A DNA stretch of 64,000 nt from Oikopleura dioica. Lineage: Eukaryota; Animalia; Chordata. Below, piece after piece: positions 27,303 through 41,900 of the stretch. Where the stretch lies: contig OU015568.1 of NCBI GenBank assembly GCA_907165135.1, positions 12,524,001 through 12,588,000 on the forward strand. Reading direction: 5' to 3'. How positions within the stretch are numbered: the stretch's first letter is position 1; the number at the start of each line of letters is the position of its first letter. A model generated the notes under the pieces. The model ran no database searches and was not told the origin of the DNA. It saw only the letters and a list, made by a program, of their open reading frames with translations. The position numbers were made by a program, and so were the translations under genes.

Positions 27303-28236
27303 ATGACGGATCTCAAAGATCTATTGGAGAGAGAGTTTAGAGAATGTATACAGACAGAGCGAGAATACTGGCCCTTACTCGACAACCACATAAAAAAGAT
27401 GGAGAGGGCTATGCGCGAGGGGAAACCCGCTACGGAAGAGGACATAAAAATGTTAAAATTTTTGCACAAAAAAGTGAGAAATACCGACACATACCGTGCT
27501 TGTTATCGGAAATTCGTACGAAAACGTCCATTAGTTGAAAGTTTAGAGGCGAAGACCTCCCCATCTTCATGCGGGTCACTACCCACGGATAACCCTCCTG
27601 GGCCGAGTCCCGGCGAGGAAACCCCGGCTTCATCTAATGCCTCAGTTGAGGTCGAGTCAAAAGGAGGAAACCCCCGAAAGCGGAAACGCTCTGGTGATCT
27701 AGAGGACCCAGAATGGATGCCCAACGCTGATGATGAGAGTAATCTCATGAACACAGCTAATATGAGTTCCGCAAGTTCCTCATCACCAAGCATCCAAGAA
27801 ATTACACGACCGGCTGGAACAAGGTGTGTAATATACGCAACGATAGTCGAAAATAACGGGACAAAACGGACACACAAGGGAAACAATGTTAACTTGAACA
27901 GTGAAATCCTGCTCAATTGCGTATATTCCCAATGTGACGGACAACATTCTGCAAAGATACTGAAGCAAACGATGCTAGAAAGTTACTTACCAACTCCACG
28001 TGGTTCAAATCCCGAAGTAGACCCCCCATCTAGTGGCAGAAAACGCCTCAGACTGAATGACCACGAGGACGTATTCAATCGGAACAATTATAAAATTGTT
28101 TCATCAAGACCTCATACGGATGCATGCAATATGTACCATCAGGTAATGGTTTAAAATCGTAATTGTCGTTACGAAAAATTATTTTAAGGGAATTCCAGAC
28201 CTGGAACCAGCGCTTGAACAAATCAGGAAACAATAA
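27303..28236 (+). CDS. Orphan protein with two basic NLS-like motifs (2 exons)
   Basis: 283-aa ATG-initiated ORF with PRKRKR and GRKRLR. Intron 28143-28188 adds GIPDLEPALEQIRKQ*. Lies head-to-head with DNAH2. Confidence 0.6.
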
Positions 28237-28541
28237 ACTTCTTCATTTTAACAATTTACGCCAGACGAGAACGCTCTTCAAAAATTTAGTAGCGGGAAAC
28301 CGTATCGCGAAATGTTAAACCATGCCATTGTCTTATGCTAAACTTCTACAAGTTGGTGTTCACCATGAAAATTGCCGAAAAATTATTGAAAATAAACTAT
28401 TAATCAAACTGACTGTTGAATTTGCGTCAATATTCGCAGGGTTAGAGCAGGTCTTCTCTTAATTTATAAAATTGCAATAACTAGAACACGATTATCTCAA
28501 TAAAAAAATATATTTTCAATGATCTGAATTAGACAAGTTCT

Positions 28542-31018
28542 TCAGCTATCCATTGACAGTTTTCGAAAAAGACTTGCTCCGCGCTCTTTCAGCGACTTTT
28601 TCCTCTTTTCTGCATCCATCACATCAAAAATCGAGTGCCTTTTTATAAAACTTTAAGTTCAAGAAATTACTACAAATCAATAATCAAGATTTCTTAAAAT
28701 TTTCTCCCTTTTCGGTGTATAATTATCCAGAAAAGGTCTTTTTTCACCAATAAAGATAACCGTGATATTCTATTTTGAATCTTCATTAGAAGCTATACAG
28801 TCGATTACAGAGATTGTTGGTCATGAAATCTGTGAATTTGCGCGGAGGAGTCCCAGCGCAGCAGTTTTTGAAAGTTATTTTGGAAGATTTAGAAAATTTT
28901 ACTTTTTGTCATCTGATTTGGTTTCTTTCTTCGTCGTTTCTGCATTTTTCTTGGACTCGATTTCCAGTGTTCGTATTTTTTCTTCAAGTTGACGATTTCG
29001 TTCGACGAGAGTCATCATTTCGTTGATTCCAAGGCGCGATTCTACGCGTTCTAGTCGTCGAATCAGGTCTTAAATGCAGGATTGAAGCGATTTTCGACTC
29101 AAATATTCGAAGAAACAACAGTAGTCTTTGCTCCTAGCGACGTTCTATTTACTGTCGATAGTACCATCATATATCCATCAATTTACCACAGGAACATTTT
29201 AAAAAATCAAGATAATTGTGTGTGCCTTTCATGGAATGCCGAGATTTATTGCATTTCTGTTTACCTTGGTCGGTTTTGACGCGAAGTTCGAGCTCAGCGA
29301 TGCGATCCTGTAATGACGTGATTGTACTGAAAAAACGAGTTTAATAAATATTGAAATTGCAAAGTTTGAAGTTTGCATAGTTAGTTCCGTAAAATTTAAA
29401 AGAAAGCGTTTGTTTGAGAAGCTCTGAAAATTGTTATTTGTCAAAAGTAAGCCTTTCTCGCACCTGTGCAATTGCAAATAGTCCGTCTCCCCAAAATTTG
29501 AAACTATGGACACTTCGCTGGGACGATGCAGCTTCGAGGACGAGGCGCCGCCAATTGACAGGCCGAGTTTGAGGTCATCGGCGGTGACCTCCTTGTTTTC
29601 GTCAATTTTGGAGAGGTCAGCGGGGAACAACGAGTCTTTCTTTGGCTGAAGCGAGGAGGAACGCGAGTTGCGCTTTTTGCCCATTCCAGTGTTTTCGTGC
29701 TGCTTCATGATTTCCGCGATTTCGTTTTTTGTCAAGCTTCCATCTGAATTTTGAATCAGTATTTTATAAGATTTCGTGACGCAATAAATCTGTGCTCCCG
29801 ACTACACGACATAAAAGTATGCACTTCAGTACAAACACAGCTGTCCTAGAGTACTTACGCTGATCTTGGGCGTATTTGGTGAGATAGGAAATGACTTCGT
29901 GGTTTCCTCTTTCTTCTGCCCAGTCGGCGGCCGTTTGTTTCCTGTAGTCCTTTAATTCAGGGTCTGCGCCACTTTTCAGCAGGAATTGAATTATCGAAAG
30001 CTTTCCCTCCGCCGCGGCGAGCATCAGCGGCGTGGCTGAATTATGAAATGAACTCAAGGAAGAAAGGGACCCTTGACAGATTCATTGAAGATCATTCTCG
30101 ATCATTGAATCCTTCAAAAAATACCTTGATATCCATTTTGTGCGTTGACATCTGCATTGTGCGCTACTAAAAGTCTGATGGCTTCGAGATTTCCAGACTG
30201 GACACCAAGCATCAGAGGCGTGAAGCCGGCATCTGTTTTTGCTAGAATTATCGATAGAAAACGCGGTTGCTAACACAAACTAACCATCTACTGAGGCATT
30301 GTAATCAATCAGAGTCTTCATCATTTTGACTTATTTGAAGATGACAATGGCAATTGAAAAGTACAGTACAAGACTCAAAAATTCAGACAAGTCAATAAAA
30401 GAAGATGCCATTTGCCACCTGACCTTTATTTTCTTCTGTGGCTCTATGCAGCGCCGTCCACCCATTCGGAAGTCTTTCATCGATATCAACATTTCCTTGA
30501 AGTTTATTGTTAAGAATAATTTCACAGTGCTGCATAAAATTCTCTGGGGTGGGCTAATTTGCGGCAGCGTAAAACTTTTGCAGCCCGTGAAATTTCGACT
30601 AATAAAATTCATTAGGGAATCATGTTCACAGCTGGGCCACATTTCAATTTGCATCAACGAGTTACCCTTATCATTTTCCTCTGGCTTGGAGAGACGCCTT
30701 AGTTCTCTTGAAAAACGCTTCATTTTTGGACGAAAGATTTGGCGAAAATACGCTGAGCGCTCATAATTTTGGCCAAATACCATTCAAGCTGAGGTTTTAC
30801 TCATTAAGTGAGAGCAAATTTGAGCATCGTTTGAGGTCCCCTAATTCTGCAGTTATTTCGCCTTACATTTCAATATTTTTTTTTTGGAAAAATCATTTCT
30901 TGAAATCAAGGAAGAGAAAAAAAATCGAAAAACCCAAATCAAATTTACCTTGGTCAAGAAAGCTCTTCAATTTCGTTATCTTTCCGCTTGAAACATATCT
31001 TTGCAAATCTTGTGACAT
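28542..31018 (-). CDS. Ankyrin-repeat protein with C-terminal coiled coil
   Basis: Spliced repeats GWTALHRA, GFTPLMLG and ATPLMLAAAEG, with a partial fourth repeat (QTAADWA). Coiled-coil exon LIRRLERVESRLG. Ends LFRKLSMDS*. Confidence 0.75.
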
Positions 31019-32894
31019 TGCCTCGGGCGAGTGTGTTCGACTGTGCTCTGATACAAGGATAACCTCTGATTAGCGTCTTTTATCGCCTTTTCTTTTTACA
31101 GTTCTATGCTGTCAGGTTTAGGTACTTATCAAATTTTCTCTCTTTTTAGTGATATGATCACGTAACTTAGTTATGTGGTGCTAGGACTGAGATTAGGCAC
31201 ATCACCACTAGCGCAAGTTCTCTGTTTGGACAAATGTTAAAGTCTATTTGTCGAAAGTCGAAAATTTTTTTGTAAAGTAAAAATTTTGCCATTTTTCTTT
31301 TTCTTGGGCTACCCTGGCGTAAACATCATCGTAGTCGGTCTTCTTCAGCAAGAAATCGATGATGTGCTCCAATTTTGAGCTTGAATTAAAAAGTTTGAAT
31401 AATCAAGTTTCTAGTAAAAAAAGGACCGATCACAGTCTTATAGACTCTATAATATAGAGTTTGTAATTCAGACTCTTGTAATTCAGTCGCTTCTCATGAG
31501 ATTTTTGACTAGGTAATCGGCGCAGCTAATATGGCTCAAGAAGATATACAAGCCAGAGCCAATTTAGACAATCTTAGACCTATAAGTTATAGACCTATTA
31601 TAGGCTATAACGTCAATTTCTAGCACACAAGCTTAGGTAGGGTCTCTTAAAATACCTCATAGAAAGAGCCCTACGGCTAGAATTAGGCTCAAACTGCTAG
31701 GTTTCTTCGTTTGAATCTCGTTTTAAAACTTGATAAATTCTAGGACGGCTTCTTACAGTAAAATTCCTGTGTGACTGGAAATGAGCCAAATGAGCTTAAA
31801 ACGTGCTCAGATGCTTGATCTTGTCCTATCGGTACAGTTTATGAGGACTCCTGTCATTTGCTCGAAGTAGAAAAATGGTACTCAGACGTCTTTTTATAAG
31901 TTCAAACGGAGAAGGGCCCTTTCGCATGGTCGCGTAATCACTTTTTGCTGCGCGTTACTGTGGCGTCGGATCAGTGTTAAAATCTTCCGATCGAATATGT
32001 TTACTAGTTCCGCAACAGTGAGAATTTCGAACTACAGAGCGATTTTTGAACTACAGTAGAATCTAAGCTTTGATTCAATCTTTTGAATGTCTTTTAACTG
32101 ACTGTATTTTCACAATCGAAATTCACGTATAAAAGACTGTTGGTTTACTGAATAATAGATCACCATTAGGATGGCTCACTTTTCGGGAAGGTCTTCCGAT
32201 TACGTTCTATCGTTGTCAGGTGGAATGTTTCTACCCATACAACATATGAAAAATAAATTGATGAATTTTAACTATTTCTTAATTTTCTACTTTCCCCTGC
32301 TTGAGAAGATAGATTTCCGCCAGGAGGGCGCCATAAGTATTCAGAACCTGGGCAGTACTTATTTGCATCTGTCGATTTTCAACGACGAAATTGACGAATT
32401 CTCGATTTGGACACTCGGCAAACAACCCCACTCAGAGGGAGATGAAAGATGCTCGCCGCGCTTCGACTTCCACTTGGCTTAAATTCTTTAAATACTTTAT
32501 CCCGAGGAATTTGTGTGCTCAAATTTTTCTTCGCTGATATTTTCAACAACTTCTTATGAAGAATCCTGGGAGGGTCAGTGAAAATAAACCGTATCTAGCT
32601 GAATTACTGACCATAAGACAAAGTAAATGCTCAAACGTCTTCAAGGTCTGTCCTCCCAGAAAACATAACGACCGATTTCCGAAAGAGAATATCACCTCGC
32701 AAAAAAGTTAACCGCGCAGGTGCTCGCCTCCATTAGCAACTTCCTATTTTTTCTGTTTTAACGCTCGGCTGAAATTTTAAAACGGAAGCAGGCGCTGCGC
32801 TGCTATTTGCCCTGCTTGCGATCCGAGCTTCAGGATTTTGTCAATTTATTCTCTGTCGTCAATTTTGGTAAAAAATGCACAGCTGGAGATGAAA

Positions 32895-35547
32895 TTATAG
32901 CGTGTTCGTTTCGTTTCGAACGGATTGGAGAATCATCTCGGCTTGTGAATATGCTTGAAGCATGTGGGTAAGTTCTTCTCTAAATGGAACTGTTTATTAC
33001 TGATATCGACAATTTTGGTATTTCTGCAATTGATTTTTACTTATACGAAAAACTGAGTTTACCGTTGCTGCGCAATAAATTCCGATTCCGCCAGCAGCTC
33101 TTTCATGTTCCTCTCACTTCCACTTTCGGTCTTGTAAATAGTCGTCACGAGGAATCCTTGCAGCGAATCTTTGACAGCGTTGACGATGAAATTCATGATC
33201 ACCTTGGGCACGTGATCTTGAATGCTTTTTCTGACAATGTTGAAGTAGCACTGGATCAAGAACTCGACAATTGCGCATTCTCGTTTTTCCGTTGCTTGCT
33301 AGTCAAAAGATAAGACACTTTCAAGTGGAATAACTGTACTTCTGAGTCGCCTGTCATTTTGCTGATGGCAGACTTTTTGGCTCCAAGGAAGTCCGGATGC
33401 TTGCAGTTAATGTAGGACACCTCGTTTTTGATGAAATTCGAAATAAATTCTTTTGCCGGCGCTGTCCTCATTTCGATCTGAAAGTCAGGAAAGTTCTTGA
33501 CGCTGTCATAAGAAAAGTTACGCTAGAAATCACGGCATCGCGGAGCTTGTTTGAAAGTCGTGGGAATCGCTGGTACTCCGCTGACAGCGCGTCTAAAAAT
33601 GACCATTTACGACCACTTGAGTTCGAGTGCTTGTATCAATGATTTCCCTCATCGAATGCTCTGTACGTTACATGCAATATGTCACTTACCATTTATAATT
33701 CTTTTCAGCTCCTCTTGTACGAGTTCGATGCAGCGGATGCTTGGTTCCTCAAGTCGGAGAATTTGCTTTTTCACGAGAGTACAAAAGCTCCGGTCGGGCA
33801 TGAAAACGGCTGAGCTGGTTCCGGAGGAGTTTCTGATTGATGTCAGAATTTCAACCGGCGCTTTTTTGGATAGGAGATAATTGTACGGTCCGGATTGCCA
33901 ATTGTCTATTAGCAATAGATAAGACAAGCCATTACCATTATCATTTTTTCAACACTATCCTATTCCGTCAAGAGGATTAACCTGCGCGAGAGCGTTTCCG
34001 AAAGTATCGTGAAAGATGAAGTTAATTCTTGCCCCACCAGCCAACTCGTCAGTCGTGAAATAACCCGCACCGTCGATGATATCGCTTCAGACGAGTTTAC
34101 TTTGCATTTTAACGATTCAAAAACTACAGGTCATCGAGCTGTCAAATTGTGGCTGACCATGTTGCGGCTTGATCGCAAATAGAACGTAATTTTCAAAAGC
34201 GAGCGAAATTAAACTCCTGCCTGTAGTCATTGGCGAATTTTGTTAGAAGAGACAGTAGCGTGCCTTTTAAGAGATTCCGATTTTCTCTTCCTTGATTTCA
34301 ATTCAATGGTGCAGAATCTCCAAACTTCCTGAAAAGTCTTTTACCGGCTCGCCATAGGCCGCCAATTGCGATTGAAACTGCCTCCTCAACAATGAAATTT
34401 TCATCGTTAATTCCGGCAACGTTGCACGGATATGCTCCACTAAAAGTTTTGACAAGCTCCTTCGAAGATAGGCACTTCCAGATCGCGCAGCGACAGAGGG
34501 ATATTTTGAGCGGAAGAACTTTTTCTCCTTTTCGAGTGCTTCTCTGATCGTTGTTTTCTTGTTCAAATCGGCCTAAATAACCATTGTCATCCACTTCTTT
34601 ACCCTATCTTACCTGGGATCTGCACATAATACCCACGATTCCCAATTTAACGGGAAGAACTCTTCCCGAAATCACATCCATCGCATCTGTTCCTCTATCT
34701 GAAACGCTCTTGGAATCGCAGCAATATATAGTTATTAGTACCCATCAAATCAATTTTAGTCAAAACAGCGAGTGTTCGTTTTCCGAGTGGATCAACCTTT
34801 CTTGCCAATTTAATTGCCTCAGACGTGGCGAAATCAACATTAGCAGCAGTTACGGCTAAGATAAGGGTGTTTGGACGTTTGATGTACTTCGTGACCATTG
34901 CAACGATTTGATCTTCTATGTCTTCAGGTTGATCACCAACAGGAACTCTAAAAGAATAGCTTAGTTTGAATTCGCTGGCCAAATTTTCAGAAAACCTTGT
35001 TATTCCTGGCAAATCAATCAGCGTAAGTGAAACCACATGCGGCGAAAAGACTCTTAGACCAATTTGCGTATCACAAATGTTCTTATTATTTCCACAAAGT
35101 CTCTCCGTCTCCCGGACGATTTCAAGTCCAACTTCGTTCCAATCAGTAAAAACCTTGTCAGGCAAATGAGCAAAAACCGCCCATTCTTCGTAAACTCGCC
35201 CTTCAACTTGCTTTTTGAATAGTTTCGCAATTGTGTTGTTATCAAATCTAAAGCTGCCTTTCTAAGGGTTACTATTTCCTGCGTCCTGTCGACTTTTATC
35301 AAATCCAATTTCAGCGGGCGGCGGGTGCAGACTCCTGAGTTACGAGGAATAAAATCTCGTCCAACGATATTTTCGAGAACCGACGATTTTCCCGAGCTTT
35401 GTGAGCCGATCGCGACGATTTGAGGGAGAGAAATTACATCCCCGCTAAAATGGAAGTAAATTTAAAATTAACGATTTCAAGAAAAAACCTTCCAACTGTC
35501 TCCAAAACGTCGTCAATGCGACTCATCATTCTAATTAGGACATCCAT
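32895..35547 (-). CDS. DNM1L: Dynamin-1-like (DRP1) GTPase, divergent, many short introns
   Basis: G1 GSQSSGKS, G2 region [19 protein letters not shown], middle domain ending HPDF, and [21 protein letters not shown]. No PH domain or proline-rich tail. Confidence 0.85.
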
Positions 35548-35872
35548 CTCGTCCCCTTCTATAATTTCGTGCGTTTTTTGCTTTTCTCTTAGTAGCGAGC
35601 GCAACATCCGCTCTGGTCGATTTTTCGCGTTTACGAAAACTTGACTTCCTATTTTTGATTGATTCGCTCATTTTTGCATGTTTTCTGTGGTTCTATAGAA
35701 CAAATTCTTGAGTAAGATATTTCGGCACGTTTCTAGCTCGACGTTGAAAAATCAGAACCCGCGGTTTTGTTCGAAAATTAACACTTTTTCAACCCTCTAA
35801 ATGACTATTATTACCACAACTGCTTTCTCAGAGAAAATCACACTCGATTCTTTCTTTAGACCTTTTTAATTG

Positions 35873-36271
35873 CTAGATATTATCATTTACAAATTCAATC
35901 TTCCATGTTTCGCAGTAAAAGGATGAAAATAGCGTCTCAACTCTTTGAAAAAAGATGTTTAAAATGATGTTTTGCCTAAACAGCAGATGTTGTTTGAGAA
36001 TATAAATAGCACCAGTTTTAGGTACTTCCGCTTGAAACGCTTTATCTTTCATAATTTCAAGTGGCACTTTACACGGAGATTCATATTCTGGTTTTAGATG
36101 GAAATGACTCAGGAAAGCATCGATTTTGGAGCACTCGATTCTCGTTGTCCAATTTGCATCAGCTTGTTCAACAATCCGAATTGTTGGGAGTTGAATGCGT
36201 AAAACACGAATTCTTCCAATTTTTAAAGCAGGGCGGGACACTGACTTTTGAAGCGACTGCATTTTGAACAA
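35873..36271 (-). CDS. Possible exon of an unidentified gene
   Basis: 132-codon open frame with neighbouring exon-like fragments up to about 36900. No homology recognised and the splice model is unresolved. Confidence 0.2.
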   Translation of the reverse strand: MFKMQSLQKSVSRPALKIGRIRVLRIQLPTIRIVEQADANWTTRIECSKIDAFLSHFHLKPEYESPCKVPLEIMKDKAFQAEVPKTGAIYILKQHLLFRQNIILNIFFQRVETLFSSFYCETWKIEFVNDNI

Positions 36272-37119
36272 AGATGAATCAAATTAAATCTATCATTTTT
36301 GCCTTGAAGGGCGAAAGTCAGAACTCTTGAAAAAATGGCCACTTGAGGACTATTTCTAAGTAAGACTTACAAGCATAAATCAACAAGGTCAAGGCTCTTA
36401 TTCTTGCATTTTTGACAAGATAAGAGACTTGTTCATCAGATGCTCTAGTTTTTCAAGCGCTAGAATCATCTAATTTGCTGCTAGATTAATTTAGCATGTT
36501 TTTCACTTTCCGATAGTTCTACAATCCAACCGTTGCTACCCAGTTGTCGAATTGGAAAAACACTATCGTCTCGTTTCTTATCAGTAATCAGGGCGGTCAC
36601 TATGATGATATCCTGCCGAGTGGTCGGCGGTTTTCCCCGCTCAAGATTCTCAAGAGAAGCCCTTCTTGTTTACGAAACACGGGGATGCGAAAGAGATTGT
36701 ATCCTCCACCAGCGAAAATCCGGATTAAAAACATATCATCGACGAGGCATTCTGACACTTGCGTTTCTAATTGCCAGTTTCATGCAGATTTGAACATGCA
36801 GACGGCAAAAAATATACATATTCGTCGATCTGACACGCAGCCGGTAATTCATTTTAATCAAAACACGTTCTCATCTTCAAAATCTCACGTTCATCCCTTT
36901 CTTTGCCTCAAAGATAAGATTCAAAGATCATTTAGCTTTAAATGTATTTACAGATATTTTAACCTTATCACGTTTTTTGACAAATAAAAAGGAAGTGTAC
37001 AGCGAATCGAATAAAATAATCAAGTGCTGAGCGAATTTTTTTTTTCTCCAGGTGTTCTGGATTTCGATAAAAAAAAGCTCAATCACTAATTCTTAGGGCT
37101 TTATAAATAAAAATTATTT

Positions 37120-38953
37120 TCATGGAGAAGCAGAACTTTCGTTGAAGGAATGGAAGACGGTCTCGTCGAGTGTCGAGCATTCATGGGAAGAGACAAAGCT
37201 GGTCGAAAGTCGGCGGTGGCCAGTTTCTGAGCGGAATTTTTCCTCGTCTAGGGAACAGTTGAGCAGGTTTTTCTCGGCCTCGACGGCGGAGAGTCGTTGT
37301 CGGACGGTTTCTACTTCGGTTTGGAGACGACGGTTGTGGTTTTTGATATTCTCGATCTGAAAAGAAAGTGAGTTTCTTGGAAACCATAAGTGTAAAAATT
37401 GATTTGGAAGATTTATATAAAAGAAGAAATTCTTATGCGACCGATCAATAAGAGCAACAACAACAACTTCAACGTCGCTAACAACTTACCATTTCTGATC
37501 GATCTTCCGCAATATGCTTGAACTTGGACAACTTCTCAATCTCCTCACGAAATTGTTCGTTTTCGAGGACGATTTGATTATTCTTCTGCCTCAAGATCTT
37601 GTTCTGCTTCGCTTTTTCTTCGTTTTCAAATTTCATACTGTCCGCCAAATTCTTTGCCTCGACGTAAGGCTTGAGTCGGCGTTCGACTTCTTCTGAAATC
37701 TTTTTGTCGTTTTCTTTCGCTAGCTTTTCCAGCCGCTTCGGGAATTCGGCGATGATCGAGTCTCGGTTGGAAATGTCGGTTTTCAGTTGATTCTGTTCGT
37801 TTTGGGACTCGCTCAGCTGGTTGGAAAGTTCGGAGAGCTTCGTCGTTTGTTCGGCGATTCTAGCGTTGAGATCGGCGAGGGAGGAGGAGTGTTCTTGCTG
37901 TAGCTTGGCAATCTGCTCGGCGTTTACAGCTCTAAAGAGATGAGATAGAAAAATGATTGGGAGAAAATTTTCTTACTTTTCAAGAGCAGCTCTGCTGGTG
38001 AGCTCTGCCACTTTCTCGAGTGCCGCTTCTTCCATCATTTTGATCTGCTGGTCCTTTTGTTTGAGCACGCTAGGGAAGATGATCGTCACGAGTTCATCCG
38101 CTCTCGTTAGTTTATTCGTAACATCCTTGAGTTTTGCTTCCAATTCCTCGACACGTGACTCGAGGAGTTTTGCCCTAGCAGCGTGATCAACTAGTAATTC
38201 TGTTAAACGCCGCCAGTTAGAATCAATACCTATACTATCAATACCAATTCTTACCTTTTTTAGAACTGACTCTCGAGGTTGAAGAAGTTGACGACGGGAT
38301 TCTATCACGACTTCCTGCTTTTGAAATTGGTTTATTGTTAGAGCTGAGTCCGGGCGAGTTCCGCAGCGCGTTTTCCTTTGACTTCACTCTTCGGATCAGT
38401 GTTGGCGAGTGTTCTTCTATTTTCGCCTTTTTCGCTGAACATTTTTTGTTTAATATTTTGATAAAAAATTAATAGCTCTCAAACTGTGGCGATAAAAATA
38501 TAATCTAAAGGGTTTGACTCACCTCCAGCTCTCGCTTTCGCCGCGCTGGTTTCTGGTTCTTTCAATTTGTTGTTGTTCATTGCGATGGCATTGGAAGTAG
38601 ACCGTGTGATTCTAGTGCTCAGGGGTCTACGAAGAGGGTATGGCCCGGTGGAGACAGATGCAGAACGGGTTGTTGGAGGCGTCGATCGGAGAGGTTTTTC
38701 CTTGTCCTAAATTAATTCATATGTAAACCAAGTTTATAAGTGGACATCTAGTTTTAAAGAATTCGAAAACTAGCGAAATCGTCCTCGCCCAAAGGCAAGA
38801 AAAACATGCCCTGAGGGAAGTGTCGCCGTTGCTAGTAGAAGGTCAAAATTTACTTCAAATTATTACCTGTTTGATTTTCGCCTGTCTCTTCAAAGCCGCT
38901 TCTGTCATTCGTATCTCTGGCACCGGCGATTTTTTCATCCTAGGATTTTCCAT
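37120..38953 (-). CDS. Coiled-coil protein, MTUS1/2-CCDC69-like
   Basis: Ser/Arg-rich N-terminal exons followed by long heptad exons. C-terminal AVEAEKNLLNCSLDEEK...RRLS resembles, from recall, the MTUS C-terminal block. Canonical introns. Confidence 0.6.
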
Positions 38954-41900
38954 TTAGGATTTTAGAAAAAAAGCCTTGGTCTTAAAAAATTAACGACCCA
39001 AAAAACTTTTTTCGGAAAAAACGAAGTGGCCCCTTTTCAGAAAAAATAGCTTCTGGCCTAAATCTTAACTCCCCCGCTTGCGATAAATATCAACACGGCA
39101 GTGGAACGAACCAGCTGGTAGTGGCGGGGAGAAAAAAAAACGGTGCAGGTGGTGCAGCGCCACAATTGGCCTCAAAACGGCTTACCACCTTGCTGACAGA
39201 TGGGAGGGAAGAAAACAGGGGCTTACACGGTTCTCGACGGGTTTCGGAAGGGCAGGTAAATTTTAGTAGAAGTTGAAGTCATTATTTTTTTCTTATTTTA
39301 TTTTCTCTCTTTATTTTAATTTGAAAGCTCAAATAAAATTTTTCATATGATTCTAGAAATTATTGAAACTTCTAATCTAGAGTATCGGTACCTTCTTGTT
39401 GAATTAACTGTACTTGAGCTACTGGCAGAGCAACTCAGTGGCCTTCTAACTTCAGTACTTCTCGTGACTGTTTTTCTAGTGCCGGGCATTTTCTCTGCTT
39501 CGACTTTTGCTGGTGGTTTACGCCAGGCTATCACCATAATTTCCCTGCTCTTCTCGTTAAAATTGCGTCTATTGTTTAATCTATCCAAATTTATCTCAGA
39601 GTTTGCCTCTAGATTTGTTTTATGAGGTCAGAGTCTGTGTGCCTGAGCTTGAATTGGGCATCACTCCTAGCTGTGTGCCCAAAAAATAAGATTACTTCTA
39701 TTTTGGCTCCTTATTTGTTTTGCCCCATTACTAAGTCAGAGGGAGAGGACAAAGGCGATTTTTACGAGCTGCGTGATGGATTTCATGCTTCGATGGGTTC
39801 ATTTTTGTCAATTCATGCCATGAGTAATTACAAATTACCAACGCTTTTGATGAGCGAAAAGTTCCTTTTTCGATGGTCAAAAAAATACGAAGTCAAGAAA
39901 ACATAAATTGATAGATGATAGAAGACGTAATTACAATGAGAAATTGACGATGATGATCAATCTGAGGATTTTTTTAAAGATGATAGATCATCTTTTAACG
40001 ATTTTCTCTTGAAAGATTGATTAGCGGAGTAAAACATTTTTTACCTAATCGTTGTTGCAAGTTGTAATTGTACTAGTTGTAATTCGGGGACTTGTTTTGG
40101 TCGGGGAAAATGAATATTAAACAACTTGTCAATTAATTTGTTATCAAGTTACTTTTTGAACGGTCAGGAGTTTTGTTTCTCTGATGATCCAAAATCTTTG
40201 TTTCTATAACTCTAATCACCCGTCTCCCGCCAGACAACACGTGGTTTTCTATCATCCCCTGGTCTCGTGCTCTGAACCCTGACAGGGCTTGATTTTTATA
40301 CAACAAACATTTGAACATTTGAAGCTTCAAAAAAGCCCTTTACCTTTCTCCTGAAATGCAAATTAGACTCTCAGACTCTTTTCTACCGGTTGGGAAATAA
40401 TACCCACTAAAGCTCGGGCCGCTATCCATCTGTGGTATTTTCATCTAAATTCCAATTTACTGTCCAAGAAGCCACCGTTTCCCACAAACTCCGCAGATGA
40501 TGAGATGCCCTTGGAAGCAAGAGTCTGCTGGCGATTCTGATTGTGGGAAAACGGTCTTTCTTCAACAAAGAATTGACCTCAGTAATTATGTAATAATTAT
40601 TAAGGTGATAGCACGTGTTTACTTTTAAAATAGGAATTAAAAGAAAAATAATGCAATAATTATTATTTTTTTCGGGAGAAAGCAACCGTTTTTCTTTTGA
40701 TCTTTCTTTTTGATAATTTGATAAGGACATGAATATTTATTATAGAAACTGGCGGTACTATCAAACGGGAGATATTATGGCATGAGAGTCGGCTTTTAGG
40801 TTTGTTATCAGAGAAACTGCTTTATCGCTTTTTCGAAAGCGGATATTGAGTTCTAGTCATCAAATAGTCAAAATAGAATTGGGGGAAATTGAGAACAAGG
40901 GTTCTTAAAAGTGGAAGGGAAAATAAATTATTTCTTTATCCGAATATTTTCTTTATTTAAAAGAATCAATTAGATAAAAGACCTTGTGAAGTTGTGTAGT
41001 TAAAATCATATTTTTTTCTCAATTAAAAATTTACCTGTTTGTTGATTCTGTTAAAACTCGAAGCACCATTTTCTAAGTTGTTTTCTTTTCTACTCTCTTG
41101 GTTACAAAACTTGTTGTGCTTATCTATTTTTGCTCGTCTTTAACTTTATTTTTACTCGCGAGCAGCTATCCGCTCGAGGACGAGGGATCACGAGAACTCG
41201 CGCGCGCCATCGCAAAAATGCTCAGTGTGAAAATTATTCTTTTCCGTTTGCATAAATAATTTGTTCAAATTGTTGATAAATTATCAAATTGGTGATAAAC
41301 ATGAACGATAAGGGTGGAGTTTGAAAGCGCAATGTTTCGAAAAAAATCTATAAAATTTCCATTTATTAATTATTTGGGATGCTCTTAAAACGTGGTTCCT
41401 CTGTAGAAAAAATAACAATTTGACGAGATAAAATTCTTTCTTCATTCTTCTTTGCATTTGTTCAAGAAAAAATGTTATTTTTGCCAAAGATTGCAAATTG
41501 AAAAAAAAAAGAAAAATGCATTCGAAGCTCGCTATTTTTTAAAAATGCGGTAATACAGTAATCACTAATGCACTTGGCGGGGGAGCGGCCACGATATCTT
41601 CCGGAGTTTAATCTGACAATGAGGCAATTTTTGACTTTGCTCGACTTTTAGAATATTCAAGAGAGGCGGGATTTGGTCAAAGGGAGAAATGCTCATTTCA
41701 CGCTCGGAAACAACAGCTCGATAACTGATAATTTTATGTTAACAAATTGTTTAGCCCTCGTGGCCAGAAAATTATTCATGTTTATCTGGCGAGTTGAAAA
41801 AGCGGATAAGTTTTGATTCAATTCATTCAAGTTCAAAAAACGATTCAAGATGAAAGGGGACACGGAAGTCCGACTGGAACTCAAAATGTCAGCTACTGTG

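Noticed and set aside
31250-32700. Exon-like fragments (SKLEHIIDFLLKKTDY..., REFVNFVVENRQ...) and a possible in-frame TGA
   Set aside because: After recounting bases the frames do not join, so there is no support for selenocysteine or readthrough. A gene may exist, but I could not model it.
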